Of a stretch of DNA of 64,000 nt, positions 1 through 10,100 are shown piece after piece. A program made the translations under genes and the position numbers. Source of the DNA: Thermoproteota archaeon (GTDB lineage Archaea > Korarchaeota > Korarchaeia > Korarchaeales > Korarchaeaceae); NCBI GenBank assembly GCA_027492205.1, contig JAOZFN010000006.1, positions 39,369 through 103,368 on the forward strand, in the 5' to 3' direction. Within the stretch, counting starts at the first letter, position 1, and the number at the start of each line of letters is the position of its first letter. Under the pieces are notes generated by a model. That model was not told the DNA's origin and searched no databases. It was given only the letters and a program-made list of their open reading frames with translations.

Positions 1-94
1 GGTTCAGCGTGGCCAGATTCCTCCGCCGGCCGTCTTGGATCCAAAAGACGCCCTTAAAGCTCTTGTGCGGGGAGGCCCTTGGACCCCTGCTCAT
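1..94 (-). CDS. flpA: Fibrillarin (box C/D rRNA 2'-O-methyltransferase), N-terminal fragment running off the window
   Basis: Hand-translated from ATG at 94: MSRGPRASPHKSFKGVFWIQDGRRRNLATLN, matching the archaeal fibrillarin N-terminus (GV[FY]W...LAT.N). ATGA overlap with the nop5 stop; nop5-flpA is the canonical order. Confidence 0.85.
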   Translation of the reverse strand, partial: MSRGPRASPHKSFKGVFWIQDGRRRNLATLN

Positions 95-1239
95 CTCTTA
101 CCACCCCTCAGCTCCGCCAGCCGGCGATCGATCTCGGCCCGCAGCTGGTCTCCCACAAACTTACCCCTTCCGAACGCGTCTACCCTTGCGGCTATGGCTA
201 TCTTGGAGGCTAACAGCCTGGCAATCTTCCCTCTGAACTTCTTAGGAGCGGTCCTGACTTCTTTGGCCTGGAACAGGACGCCGTGCTTCGGTGGCTTCGT
301 GCCCCTGGTGAGGTGAAGGAAGATGGCCTTTTGGGCCCCCAGGATTTGGATTGAGCTTGCTGGGAGGGACGCCAGCCTTTTCAATCCACCGGCGATCGCT
401 ATCAGCCTGGCGGCCACTAGAGGGGACACCACGGCGGAGAGGTTTGGCGCCACCTGGCGCATGAGGTCCTCTATGTACCCCTCGACCTGCTCCCTCGTCT
501 CGTAGAGCTTCACCCACCTTTTAGCCACCGTCGCTATTGCGTTAAGGTCCTCGGCAGGTAGATCTGCACCGATTGAGTTCTTCGCCGCTTCCTCTACCCT
601 CTCGGCGAGGGCCTTGTCCACGCCGATCCTCCTGAGCGCCTCCTTGGTGATCCTCTCCCGGGCCGTCAGCTCGGCCGCGATCAGCGCGTAGGTGTAGTGA
701 TCCTCAACCAGCGAGTCGAGTTCTGGGAAGTATATCGAGTACCATTCCCTGATGGCGGGTATGAGCACGTTTAGGGACTTGTTTAGATGATCCACGTAGT
801 CTATGGCCCTGATAATCAGGTTGTCCCTCTGGGACAGATCGTCCTTGATTCGCCTTCTGCTGATCTCGATTCCAACCTGAGTGACGTAGTCGTTGTACTC
901 CCTCCTATCGCCCTGGAAACCCATCTCCTTAGCGATCTGGAGAGCCCTCTCTCGAACGGCCCTAGCGACCGGGGAGTTGAGGTCAACGATCACGCGCCCC
1001 GAGTAGCCCAACGAGGATGCGAGTTCGCGGGATGGAACCACGACCTCTTCTACCTCGCCCCCCATGCTTTCTATGGCCGCCTGGACCTCCTCAACCTGGG
1101 GAAATGACCTCCCCAAGCTAAGGAGGTAGAGCGACTCACCCGCATCTTCGGGGGAGGAGAACACCGAGTAGAAGAGCGCGTTTCCATCTCCGTCAAGGAG
1201 GAGAATTCCAAACGGGTGGGCGACGACGTGAACCCTCAA
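91..1239 (-). CDS. nop5: Box C/D RNP subunit Nop5 (Nop56/58)
   Basis: 382 aa; motifs IREWYSIYFPEL, APNLS, PASSIQILGAQKA, PKHGVLFQ, RGKIARLLASKIAIAARVD. Confidence 0.96.
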   Translation of the reverse strand: MRVHVVAHPFGILLLDGDGNALFYSVFSSPEDAGESLYLLSLGRSFPQVEEVQAAIESMGGEVEEVVVPSRELASSLGYSGRVIVDLNSPVARAVRERALQIAKEMGFQGDRREYNDYVTQVGIEISRRRIKDDLSQRDNLIIRAIDYVDHLNKSLNVLIPAIREWYSIYFPELDSLVEDHYTYALIAAELTARERITKEALRRIGVDKALAERVEEAAKNSIGADLPAEDLNAIATVAKRWVKLYETREQVEGYIEDLMRQVAPNLSAVVSPLVAARLIAIAGGLKRLASLPASSIQILGAQKAIFLHLTRGTKPPKHGVLFQAKEVRTAPKKFRGKIARLLASKIAIAARVDAFGRGKFVGDQLRAEIDRRLAELRGGKR

Positions 1240-1263
1240 GAGAACCGCCCGGCCCTGGCGAAT

Positions 1264-1431
1264 TCAGAAGGGATTCTGACCGGGCTTTCTCCCTAGGATG
1301 TACCTCTTCCTATAGAGGGACTTTATCCTGACCCTGGGCACAGGGGATCTCCTCGGCCTGGCCTCCACCTTCGGAGTCAGCGATCGAACCTTACCAGCCT
1401 TGTTGAGCGCACCGTGAGTTCCTCTGGGCAT
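1264..1431 (-). CDS. rps30e: Ribosomal protein S30e (55 aa, absent from the ORF track)
   Basis: Hand translation MPRGTHGALNKAGKVRSLTPKVEARPRRSPVPRVRIKSLYRKRYILGRKPGQNPF contains the S30e signature HGxLxKAGKVRxxTPKV. Confidence 0.93.
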   Translation of the reverse strand: MPRGTHGALNKAGKVRSLTPKVEARPRRSPVPRVRIKSLYRKRYILGRKPGQNPF

Positions 1432-1469
1432 TCACATCCCTCCCGATGAGTTCTCTGGATCATCATATT

Positions 1470-3521
1470 TTAATGTGTCGCGCCCTCCTCATCCAACAGG
1501 CTCCTCCTGTACTCCCAGACTATGCTAAGGATATCTCCTCCGTCTTCTCCCTCTCCAGCCTCGCTTTCCTCCTTAACTGGCTCGGGAGGCCTCCTTCTCG
1601 CGGCGACCCGCAGCAGGAACTCCTCGCGAACGTGCGGGATAGCGCCCTTCCAGCGAATCTCCACCGAGTTGGTGCTGGTCACAAAGATTCCCTCCTCCTC
1701 CAACATGGAGAGCACCTCGGGCGGGGGAGGTGAGCAGGAGTGGACGATGGCCCATACTCCTGCGTCTTTGAGAAGCCTCACTGACCTCGGTCCGGCGGTG
1801 GAGGCGTCTCCGACTAGAACGACGTCTCCTTCCGAGAGAACTCCCCTCACGATCGCCTCCTCCAGTGTAGACCTCGAGAGATTCTCCACGGCCTTTATAG
1901 GTACCCAGCCTGGCCCCAGGTCGCTTCTCGCCACGTCCCTCCTGAGAGATCTGAGCTCGGCCCTCAGCGAATCTATCATCGCGTCCCTCCTCCCAACGTC
2001 CGCCTCTAGCTCGCGAATTCTCTCCCTGAGCTGAGACACCAGTCTGTCCCTCTCTAGCTCTCTCTTCCTCTGATGTCTTATCTTATCTAGTTCCTCCATG
2101 AGCTTTGTGATCTCTCTCTCCAACTCCCTGACCTTCCTCCTGTAGTACTCCAGCTCCTCCTCGAGAGACCTGATCTTCTCGGTCTTGGACCTAAGTATCC
2201 TCCTTAGCTCTATGATCTCCCTCTGTTTGGCCTTGAGCGTCTCAACCTGCTCTTCTCGACCGTCTTTCCCTTCACTCCTTATCCTGGAGCCCTCTATCGC
2301 CTCCACTATAGAGGCCCCCCTCGTCAGGAGTTCATACAACCTGGTCCTGTCAACGAGTCCAAGGCCGCCGTCCATCTCTCTAAGGTGCCCCTCCGCCTTC
2401 TCAAAGAGGGTTCTCATCCTTTGATAGACCTTGATCAGCGGGGCGAGGGCATCCCTTTCGTGGGAAGATCCCACCGAGATTCCTTGCCTCTCCTCGAACT
2501 CTCTTACGATCTTGATCTTGTCCTCTATCTTCATGTGCTCGTTCAACGCGACCAACCTTGCCCCAAAGGCCTGGGCGATCTTAACGACGTTCTTCGGTGG
2601 CGGAGACACGTCGGTCGTTATGAGGACCGGCCTACCGTACTGCGCCAGAGTCTCGATAACCTCTGATCTGGAGGCCCTCCTCAGAGTTTCAAGGCCCAGT
2701 ATGCGACCGTAGAGATCCATCACGGCGATCCCGATGGACATTCCCGGATCTATCCCGACCATTATGGGTCTAGGCCTTCTGCTGAGTTCGGTCCTCGTGA
2801 ACTCTATCCTCTTCCTCCAGGAGGGCTCTATGTGAACCTTGACGGGCCCCCACTCGTGCTCCCTCACGACGGAGAGGATGCTCTCCTTGGGCGCGTAGAC
2901 GATGAACTCGGCCCTCTTCAGCCCTCCAGGCCCCCTCTCCACGTAGAGGTCGTAGTCTATTCCCACCCTGTCGAACTCGGCGGACACGCGATTTGCCTCG
3001 CTGAGGATGGCCGCCTCGATGAACCTCTTCCACCTGGCGCTCCCTGATCCGCCCTGCCTCACGCTCCTGTTCTTCGATATCACGACCCTGTACTCAGGGT
3101 TGAAGGCCACCACCTCGGAGCCGTATCCCAACGCGGCCAGCTCCGCGATGAGTTTGGCGCTCTCAAGAGAGCCAGGCTTCCCATCGTACTCCAGCCCGGC
3201 GTCGCGCGCGAGCTTTCGCAGGGGAACTCCCTCCCCGGGAGGACCGGTCACTTGGATGATCTTGACATCCTCAGGGATCGAAGCCACGAGCCTCTTGAGA
3301 GATCTGGAGTCCTTTGCCAGTTCGAATATGTTGTCGACCGCGAGGTATCCCCTCGACATCTGTCTGACTATTCGAAGGATCTCGGCCAGCGTGATCCCGT
3401 CGAAGAGCTCGGGCTCCCCACTGTCACTCAGTAGGCAAGCGGAGTACTTGGGTGCTGCCTTTCCCCTGGGGGAACCAGCCTTGATGTCAACCCCCAGGAC
3501 GGGAGTCCGCAGGTATCTCAA
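1470..3521 (-). CDS. DUF460 / COG2433 family protein (RNase H-like domains plus coiled coil)
   Basis: Motifs LGVDI, LAVDNIFEL, IIQVTG, VGIDPGMSIGIAV, TDVSPPP, HERDALA, then a long coiled coil. Confidence 0.88.
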   Translation of the reverse strand: MRYLRTPVLGVDIKAGSPRGKAAPKYSACLLSDSGEPELFDGITLAEILRIVRQMSRGYLAVDNIFELAKDSRSLKRLVASIPEDVKIIQVTGPPGEGVPLRKLARDAGLEYDGKPGSLESAKLIAELAALGYGSEVVAFNPEYRVVISKNRSVRQGGSGSARWKRFIEAAILSEANRVSAEFDRVGIDYDLYVERGPGGLKRAEFIVYAPKESILSVVREHEWGPVKVHIEPSWRKRIEFTRTELSRRPRPIMVGIDPGMSIGIAVMDLYGRILGLETLRRASRSEVIETLAQYGRPVLITTDVSPPPKNVVKIAQAFGARLVALNEHMKIEDKIKIVREFEERQGISVGSSHERDALAPLIKVYQRMRTLFEKAEGHLREMDGGLGLVDRTRLYELLTRGASIVEAIEGSRIRSEGKDGREEQVETLKAKQREIIELRRILRSKTEKIRSLEEELEYYRRKVRELEREITKLMEELDKIRHQRKRELERDRLVSQLRERIRELEADVGRRDAMIDSLRAELRSLRRDVARSDLGPGWVPIKAVENLSRSTLEEAIVRGVLSEGDVVLVGDASTAGPRSVRLLKDAGVWAIVHSCSPPPPEVLSMLEEEGIFVTSTNSVEIRWKGAIPHVREEFLLRVAARRRPPEPVKEESEAGEGEDGGDILSIVWEYRRSLLDEEGATH

Positions 3522-3591
3522 CAGGGGGCGACCCTACCTAGGCGGCCGGCGCCCGGCGTTTTAAAGGTTCGGCGGTGGGAGGAGTAGCGAC

Positions 3592-4887
3592 ATGAAGCAC
3601 GTTCGCGCGGCGCCGATCTTCCTCGTGCTACTGACAACGCTGGCGTCAGCCGGTGCCGCGCAGCAGGTTGGAGTCTCTTTTCAGACAACGATCTCAAGCC
3701 CCTGCTACATAGGGCTACCCTGCAGGGTCAGGGTAAATCTCACAGCGACCCCTCCCGGGGTGGCCATCACAGGCCTGAGGTTATCACTTCCGTGGGGTCT
3801 GGTGAACCTCCTACCCGTTGAGATCTCGCCAAACGTCTTGGAGACGACCTTCACCCCCCCGTTGGAGGCCGAGCCCGGAATCTACTACGCCCTGCCCCAG
3901 CTGGTGGGGAGGGAAGAGGGTAGCGGGAGACTCGTGATAATCAGCGGGTCGCCCACGATGCTCAGGCTCAGCGAGCCCGACCTGGTTGGGAGGCTGACGC
4001 TCCACGTGGATGAGGTCACGTTACCGCCAGGGGGGTCGACGAGGGTTAACGTGACGTACCTGGTTCTCAACTTGCCGCCGGAGGTCTTTCCAAGGCTCGA
4101 CATACTAGTCAACGAGACGGAGGCCTACTCCTCTCCTCTGGCCGAATCTTCTGGCAGCGTGGTTACATCGGTAGTCGCTCCCGAGAACGCGAGATATCTC
4201 CTGATAACTGCCAAGCTTCGTGTGGGACTCTATGTCTTCGAAAACTCGACCCTCATATCTGTCGAGCGAGAGAAACCAGCCGTCAATATCGAGAAGGCGA
4301 TAGTACTCATTGAGGCAGCCAATCAATCCCTAATGCAGGCCCAGCTCCTCTTGGGGAGGGCCGCCTCGCAGGGGGTCCCGGTGTTCGAGGCGGGCGCGGC
4401 AGACCTCCTGGCCTCCGCGGATTACCTCCTGTTCGAGGCCCGCCGCGCGGCGTATCAGGGAAACGGCAGCGCGGCCAGACTCGCGATCCTGGCGTTCAAC
4501 CTAACTCAAGAGGCCTTAGGGAGAATATCGGAGGCGTACCTATCCTCTGCGGAATCTAGGGTGGTCGACCTCAACCTGACCCTCAGGCGGCTGAGGGACT
4601 TAGGGGCGCCTGAGCAACCCCTAGACCTTGCTGAGGAGAGGCTGAGGGAGGCGATCAACCTGACCCAGGAGATGAGGCGGACAGAACCGACCAACTTACC
4701 AGATCTCTATGAGAGGCTCGATGCCGTCCTGCTAGAGGCTTCTTCAGCGCTCGAAGAGGCGGAAAAGTCCAGAGAAGGTCGTGTCTCTCGGCTAATCGCC
4801 ATGACGGTTACCCTCACCGCCCTGATGCCGATACTCTACAGCTACGTGGCGCACAAGGCTTGGAGGCGCTTGCTGCGCCTAGGCTGA
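3592..4887 (+). CDS. Secreted, C-terminally anchored surface protein of unknown function
   Basis: Signal peptide, beta-rich N-half with many N-x-S/T sequons, helical C-half, C-terminal hydrophobic segment followed by KAWRRLLR. TATA-like TTTTAAA at 3559-3565. Confidence 0.75.
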   Translation: MKHVRAAPIFLVLLTTLASAGAAQQVGVSFQTTISSPCYIGLPCRVRVNLTATPPGVAITGLRLSLPWGLVNLLPVEISPNVLETTFTPPLEAEPGIYYALPQLVGREEGSGRLVIISGSPTMLRLSEPDLVGRLTLHVDEVTLPPGGSTRVNVTYLVLNLPPEVFPRLDILVNETEAYSSPLAESSGSVVTSVVAPENARYLLITAKLRVGLYVFENSTLISVEREKPAVNIEKAIVLIEAANQSLMQAQLLLGRAASQGVPVFEAGAADLLASADYLLFEARRAAYQGNGSAARLAILAFNLTQEALGRISEAYLSSAESRVVDLNLTLRRLRDLGAPEQPLDLAEERLREAINLTQEMRRTEPTNLPDLYERLDAVLLEASSALEEAEKSREGRVSRLIAMTVTLTALMPILYSYVAHKAWRRLLRLG

Positions 4888-4900
4888 CCAAGTTGGAGCG

Positions 4901-5140
4901 CTATTCCTCTACAGTGATGAAGAGGACGTTATTTCCCCTTATGAACAGCGTTCCGACGTTCCTCTTGACCTCCTTGCTGTGGGGGTCCCTCTCCTTGGCG
5001 GAGTCGAGCACCAGGTTCATCATGTCGTCAAAGCTGCGGAGTCTACCCGCGATCTCTATTCCGTTCTTCAGGCGAACGACGATCTCGCCGCCATAAGCAG
5101 CCTTGAGGTAGGATAGGGGAGACTGCTGCCCCTTCTGCAT
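4901..5140 (-). CDS. Sm-like (Lsm/SmAP) RNA-binding protein
   Basis: Sm1 (VRLKNG...GRLRSFDDMMNLVL) and Sm2 (GTLFIRGNNVLFI) motifs. Confidence 0.95.
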   Translation of the reverse strand: MQKGQQSPLSYLKAAYGGEIVVRLKNGIEIAGRLRSFDDMMNLVLDSAKERDPHSKEVKRNVGTLFIRGNNVLFITVEE

Positions 5141-5219
5141 TCCATATCACCGCTTCCTCTCACTTCTCCGGTGGGAAAGAAGGTAGCGCCCCGCGAATAA
5201 ATAGGTTCCTACCCCCAGC

Positions 5220-5879
5220 TCACCTGGAGCTGAGGGCGATCCTCTCGACCTCTTCCTTCCTCCTGATGGCGTGGCTCCTGGTCCTGTCGTACTCGGCGGC
5301 CGCTATTATCTCCTCCGCGAGCGCCTCGGCCAGCGACGTGGGGCTTCTGAACGCCCTTATCGCCGCCCCCTGGGCTATGTTCCTCAGGGCGAGGTCCACC
5401 ATCCTCGTCGGCGACGTGTCGACCGCGTGGAAGTAGGTCACTCCACCGTACATGATCCTGGTTACCTCCTCCCTTATGGCGGCGTTTTCTATGGCCCTCA
5501 GGAGGACCTTCACGGGGTTCTCCCCAGTCCTCAGCTCGATTATCTCGAACGCGTACTTGACGGTCCTGAGCGCCTTGAGCTTCTTACCCTGGTTCTTGCT
5601 GTTCACGTGATCCTTCTTGACGCCGGCGTTCTTAGCTTGCATCATCAACCTGTTGACCAGCCTCTCTACTATCATCACTTCGAGCTTGCCGAACGGCTTA
5701 TGCTCGTGCCTCCCGCCAGAGTGCGGCAGGTAGACTGGCTTGACGGAGATGACGCCCCTGAGAGCCGGGTTCTCGACCTCGACGTCGTCGAGGGGCCACC
5801 TGCCGAACAGCTTTATCTGGGGACCTTCCTTGACCTCTTTGACTTCCTCGACCCTGTCTTCCTCGCCCATGCAATTCAC
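5220..5879 (-). CDS. rps7: 30S ribosomal protein S7 (uS7); true start may be ATG 5870
   Basis: [46 protein letters not shown]; follows rps12. Confidence 0.97.
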   Translation of the reverse strand: MNCMGEEDRVEEVKEVKEGPQIKLFGRWPLDDVEVENPALRGVISVKPVYLPHSGGRHEHKPFGKLEVMIVERLVNRLMMQAKNAGVKKDHVNSKNQGKKLKALRTVKYAFEIIELRTGENPVKVLLRAIENAAIREEVTRIMYGGVTYFHAVDTSPTRMVDLALRNIAQGAAIRAFRSPTSLAEALAEEIIAAAEYDRTRSHAIRRKEEVERIALSSR

Positions 5880-6322
5880 CTCGTTGGCTTCTCCTTCTTA
5901 CCCGTTAAAATCGCCTGGAGGGAGACGTTGTTGACCTTGATGACCTTGTACCTGACTCCCGGTATGTCTCCGTAGCTCCTCCCCCTGGAGCCCCCGATCC
6001 CCTCAATGATCACCTCATCGTGCTCGTCAATCACGTTCAGGGCGCCGTCGCCTGGCGCGAAGGCGGTCACGACTATGCCGTTCTTCGCCAGCTGGACCCT
6101 GACAGCCTTCCTGAGCCCAGAGTGAGGCTGCCTGGCCTCCAGGCCGACCTTCTCTATCACGATTCCCCTGGCCATTGGGGCGCCCTCGAGAGGGTCGAAC
6201 CGCTCCTTGAGCCTGAGGACCCTCCTCCTGTACTTCCAGTCGTGCCACCTCTTCTCCTTGTACTTCTCTCTGAGGGTCCTAGCAGCGTACAGCCCGACCG
6301 GAGATTTCTTTCCCATCATCAA
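5876..6322 (-). CDS. rps12: 30S ribosomal protein S12 (uS12)
   Basis: [36 protein letters not shown]. Confidence 0.98.
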   Translation of the reverse strand: MMMGKKSPVGLYAARTLREKYKEKRWHDWKYRRRVLRLKERFDPLEGAPMARGIVIEKVGLEARQPHSGLRKAVRVQLAKNGIVVTAFAPGDGALNVIDEHDEVIIEGIGGSRGRSYGDIPGVRYKVIKVNNVSLQAILTGKKEKPTR

Positions 6323-6371
6323 CTCCCCTCTTGAGCCCGCTTATTCTCACTCCTCGGCCAGGGAGTCTCGC

Positions 6372-6836
6372 TCAGGCTATTTTAACGTTATCTATCCCCA
6401 TCCAACGCCTCGCCAGTATCCTCGCGCGCTTTATTCTCCTTCCCCCAGATCCAATGGCCACGCTCTTGTCCTCTTCCGGCACCTTGACTATAGCCACCTT
6501 CGCCCTCCCCCTCTTCACTATCCTGACCGAGCTGACGCGCGCCGGGCTCAGGAGGTTCTTGATGAACCTCACCGGATCGTCGCTGTACTCCACGACCTCA
6601 ATGTCCTTCTTCAGATCTCTCCAGAGCATTCTTCTCATTGCCTTCAGCTTCGATCCGTCTCTGCCCACGGCTACCCCCAGGTTTCCCGCGGACACCACGA
6701 AGATGAGCCTGTTTGCCTCCGGGTCCTCCACCACGTCGATGGCCGGCACCCCGAGCATTGTCTGAAAGAGCTGGAGGTACCTCACCTGCTGCTCGGTGAG
6801 CACTACCTTGCCCGGGGCCGGACCCCTCCCGCTCAA
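6372..6836 (-). CDS. nusA: Archaeal NusA (two KH domains)
   Basis: GVAVGRDG and AIGSGG KH loops, IEVVEYSDDP; canonical position between L30e and S12. Confidence 0.93.
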   Translation of the reverse strand: MSGRGPAPGKVVLTEQQVRYLQLFQTMLGVPAIDVVEDPEANRLIFVVSAGNLGVAVGRDGSKLKAMRRMLWRDLKKDIEVVEYSDDPVRFIKNLLSPARVSSVRIVKRGRAKVAIVKVPEEDKSVAIGSGGRRIKRARILARRWMGIDNVKIA

Positions 6837-7141
6837 GTTGAGACCACCTCAAGGATGGAGGACTCGCCCTCTTCCATTATGGCAGCGGCCGAGACGAAGA
6901 ACGGCTTCCTCATCGCCCTTCCCAGGCTGAGGCTCCCACCTTCGTGGAAGATCACAGGAACGCCCGCCATCTGGGCGAGGTACTCTATCTCCTTCCTTAT
7001 GCTCTCGGGCGCGTTCTTCGCCAGCACCACGAGCTTCGGCTTTTCCGTTCCCGTCTTCAGCAGCCTGACGACTTTCCTGGCCCCTATCAAAACCCTACCA
7101 GTAGAGTACGCCAGCCAGATCTCCTTATCGAGGTCCGGCAC
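6833..7141 (-). CDS. rpl30e: 50S ribosomal protein L30e
   Basis: TGRVLIG, KLVVLAKNAP, LGRAMRKPFFVS, GESSIL. Confidence 0.95.
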   Translation of the reverse strand: MPDLDKEIWLAYSTGRVLIGARKVVRLLKTGTEKPKLVVLAKNAPESIRKEIEYLAQMAGVPVIFHEGGSLSLGRAMRKPFFVSAAAIMEEGESSILEVVST

Positions 7142-7143
7142 GA

Positions 7144-10100
7144 TCAGATCACCTCCTTGAGCAGCTCTTCAGTCTTGCGCCAGTCCCACCTGACCTCGAC
7201 CCTACCCGTCCCGACGGGTGGGGTCTGGCCCATAATTAAGGCGTCGAGCGGTCCCTTAATGGGGTTGTCCTCGCCCCTCCTGGCCGTGTTGAGGACGACA
7301 TGGTAGACCCACTCGTACGCCATCTTGCTCAGGGGCGTCTTCATCTCGGAGAAGAACCCAGAGGGAACTCCGGAGGCCTGCAGGCTCAGGGGAGTGGGCT
7401 TGCCGGTGTGGGTCATCGCGTCGGCGACCAGCGACACGTACCTCCTGTCCACCTCCAGACCCTGCTCGCTCAGTATCCTGGAGAGTTCGTTGAGTATGCA
7501 CGCCCTGGCCGCCTCCACGCCCAGGACCTCATATATCTCCTTGCAGTCGTTGGTTATCGTCCTGGTCGGGTCGACGAAGTCCAGCTTCACGACTTCCTTA
7601 AGGTTAGACCCCCTGGTCTTTATGACGAACTCTCCCTCCTCCGTGGCCTCCACCCAGACTCTATCAATGCCCCCAATGCCCCTTATCCTCTTCTCCATAA
7701 TCCTCTGCGTCCACTGCCTGAGTGTCAAGTAGGGCTTCTCCCTCCCGGCTGCCTCTACCATGGATATGCTGATGACATCACCCTCAAGTTCGACGGACCC
7801 CTTGATCCCCTTGACGGCCTTCTTGAGGAAGTTGACGAGCTCCTCGTCGTCGACCCCGCTGTCGCGCATCTTCTCGCGGTCGAGCACGAGTTCGAGGCGG
7901 AACGCCAGGTTGTCTATCCTGTACTCCCTGAGGAGGTCCTTGACCCTGATCTCCCTCAGCCTCTTGGCCACCTCCTCGGCCTTCTCCTTGCTCTTGGCGT
8001 ATTCGGGCTTGAGGTATACGGTCATGGTGGGCGTGCTGGTGCTCACGTAAAACACCAGCTCCTTGAACCTCTCCACGCCGTGCGTGACGTCCATGGCGAG
8101 CACTCCCGGGGCGTGGAAGGTCCTAAGAACCATCTGGGTCGCCGGCTCCGCTATGCTCTGGGCGCTGATTACTCCAATGGGGGTCAAGACCTCAACCTTA
8201 GCCTCCTCCAGCCTCCTCTTTACCTCTCTCACGACCTCCCTCGCCTCCTTCTCGCTGGCGTTGGCCTCGTACAGCAGGTCGGCTAGGTGTGAGGGTAGCT
8301 CCGCCTTCTTGACGATCTCCTCCAGCTTCTTCTTTGAGGCCCCCCTCTTCTTCCCCGGCTTCACGATCTCACCGACAACCCTCTTCAGGTTCACGGGCTC
8401 GCCCTTGAACAGCTTGACGGGATCCATCCCGTCTCCGCCGAAGGCGAACTGGATTATCCTGCCCAGGCTGTCCCTCACCGTCTCGTCGTACTCCACGTAT
8501 ATGTCCTTCAGCGAGTTGGCGACCCTCCTGTAGAAGTACCCGCTGTCCTCCGTCCTCCGACCCTTGTCCACCAGGGACTCCCTGCTGGTCATGGCGTGGA
8601 ACACGAACTCCGCCGGGTTGAGGCCGACCATGTAGCCGTTCTTGACGAAGCCCCTGGCTTCGAGCCTAAGGTCGCCCCTCTTGAAGTAGGAGAGGGCCCT
8701 CTCCCTGAACCCCTTCTTTGGCCTCCCGCTGGTGAGCACGAAGCCGACCCTGCTCTTGACGGTCTGCTGGCCGACGAGCCCCATGACCTGGGCCAGGTTC
8801 GCTATGGATCCCCTTGCACCGGTCTTGGCCATTATCATGGCGTGGCTCTCTGGCTTGACGTACTTCGCTATAACCTCGGTGGCCTGGGTCCTGAGGGCGT
8901 CGAGGGATCTGACTATGTCGAACTCAAGCATCTGCTCCTCCAGCGTGGCTCTGAGGAGTTCCTCCTTGGTCATGTACCTCTTGGCGCCCCTGGTCTTCTC
9001 GAACTCGGCTACCTTCCTGTCAACCTCCTCCGCAGCCTTCTTGAATAGCTTCTCAAGCTCCTCCCTGGCCTCGGGAGGAAGGATGAGTTCATTGAGCGTG
9101 ACCGTCACTCCGTAGAGCAGTATGCTCTTGGCGGCGAGCCTCAAGAGCTTGTTGAGGAATTCGGCCGCCCTCTCCTCCCCGTAGTCCCTGATGAGGATGT
9201 CTATGATCGTCTGCCTGCCCTTCACTAGTGTGCCCACGGATCCCTCGTCCAACACGCCCGCGAGGAGCTTTCCGTTGATCACGAGCACGTAGCCCTCGAT
9301 CGGGCTCTCGGGAGACTGGCACAGCTCCTTCTCCTTGCAGAGCTTTGCAGTCGTCTCATACTCAAGGTCTGGAGGTAGGAGCGTGGAGATCAGCTGCTTC
9401 CCGGTCCAAAGCTCGACCGGAGACTGTATCGCGGGCTCTGGGAGTTCCGTTATCCCGACGGTCGCCAGTAGCCTGGATGCCCCCTCCCTGTTGAACACGG
9501 TCCCCTTCTTCGTCAGGAGGTAGAGGGCGGTGATCATGTCCTGCCTGGCGCCGACTATGCTGCCACCAGTCCTAGGGGACAGCATGTTCTTCACGACGCT
9601 CATCAGCTCTCTGGCCTCGATTCTGGCCTCCATCAGCTGTGGGGCGTGAAGGTTCATCTCGTCTCCGTCGAAGTCCGCGTTGTAGGGCAGGCATGTCCCA
9701 GGGTTTAGCCTGAACGTGGAGCCGGGGAGCACCCTCACCCTGTGGCCCATGATGGAGAGCTTGTGCAGGGATGGCTGCCGGTTGAATATCACGTAGTCGC
9801 CGTCCATCAGATGCCTCTCCACCACGTCTCCCGGCTGAAGGCTCTCTGCTATCTCCTCCAGGAGCCCCCTGGCCTTGACGACCTTCAGGCTTATGGGCAT
9901 GCCTCCGCCCTTCCTGACGTAGTTCGCCCCCGGATACTGGTCTGGGCCCCTCATCACCAGCTCCTTGAGCCACTCTATGTTGCCCTCGTTCACGTACTCT
10001 GGTATGGTGAGCGTCATCGCAATCTCGACCGGCACGCCGACTTCGTCGATCCCGATCATGGGGTCTGGCGAGATGACGGTCCGGCTGGAGAAATCGACCC

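Noticed and set aside
1432-1470. ATGATGA (box C-like) on the minus strand upstream of rps30e, near nop5/fibrillarin
   Set aside because: No properly spaced CTGA box D; better explained as the rps30e promoter region.
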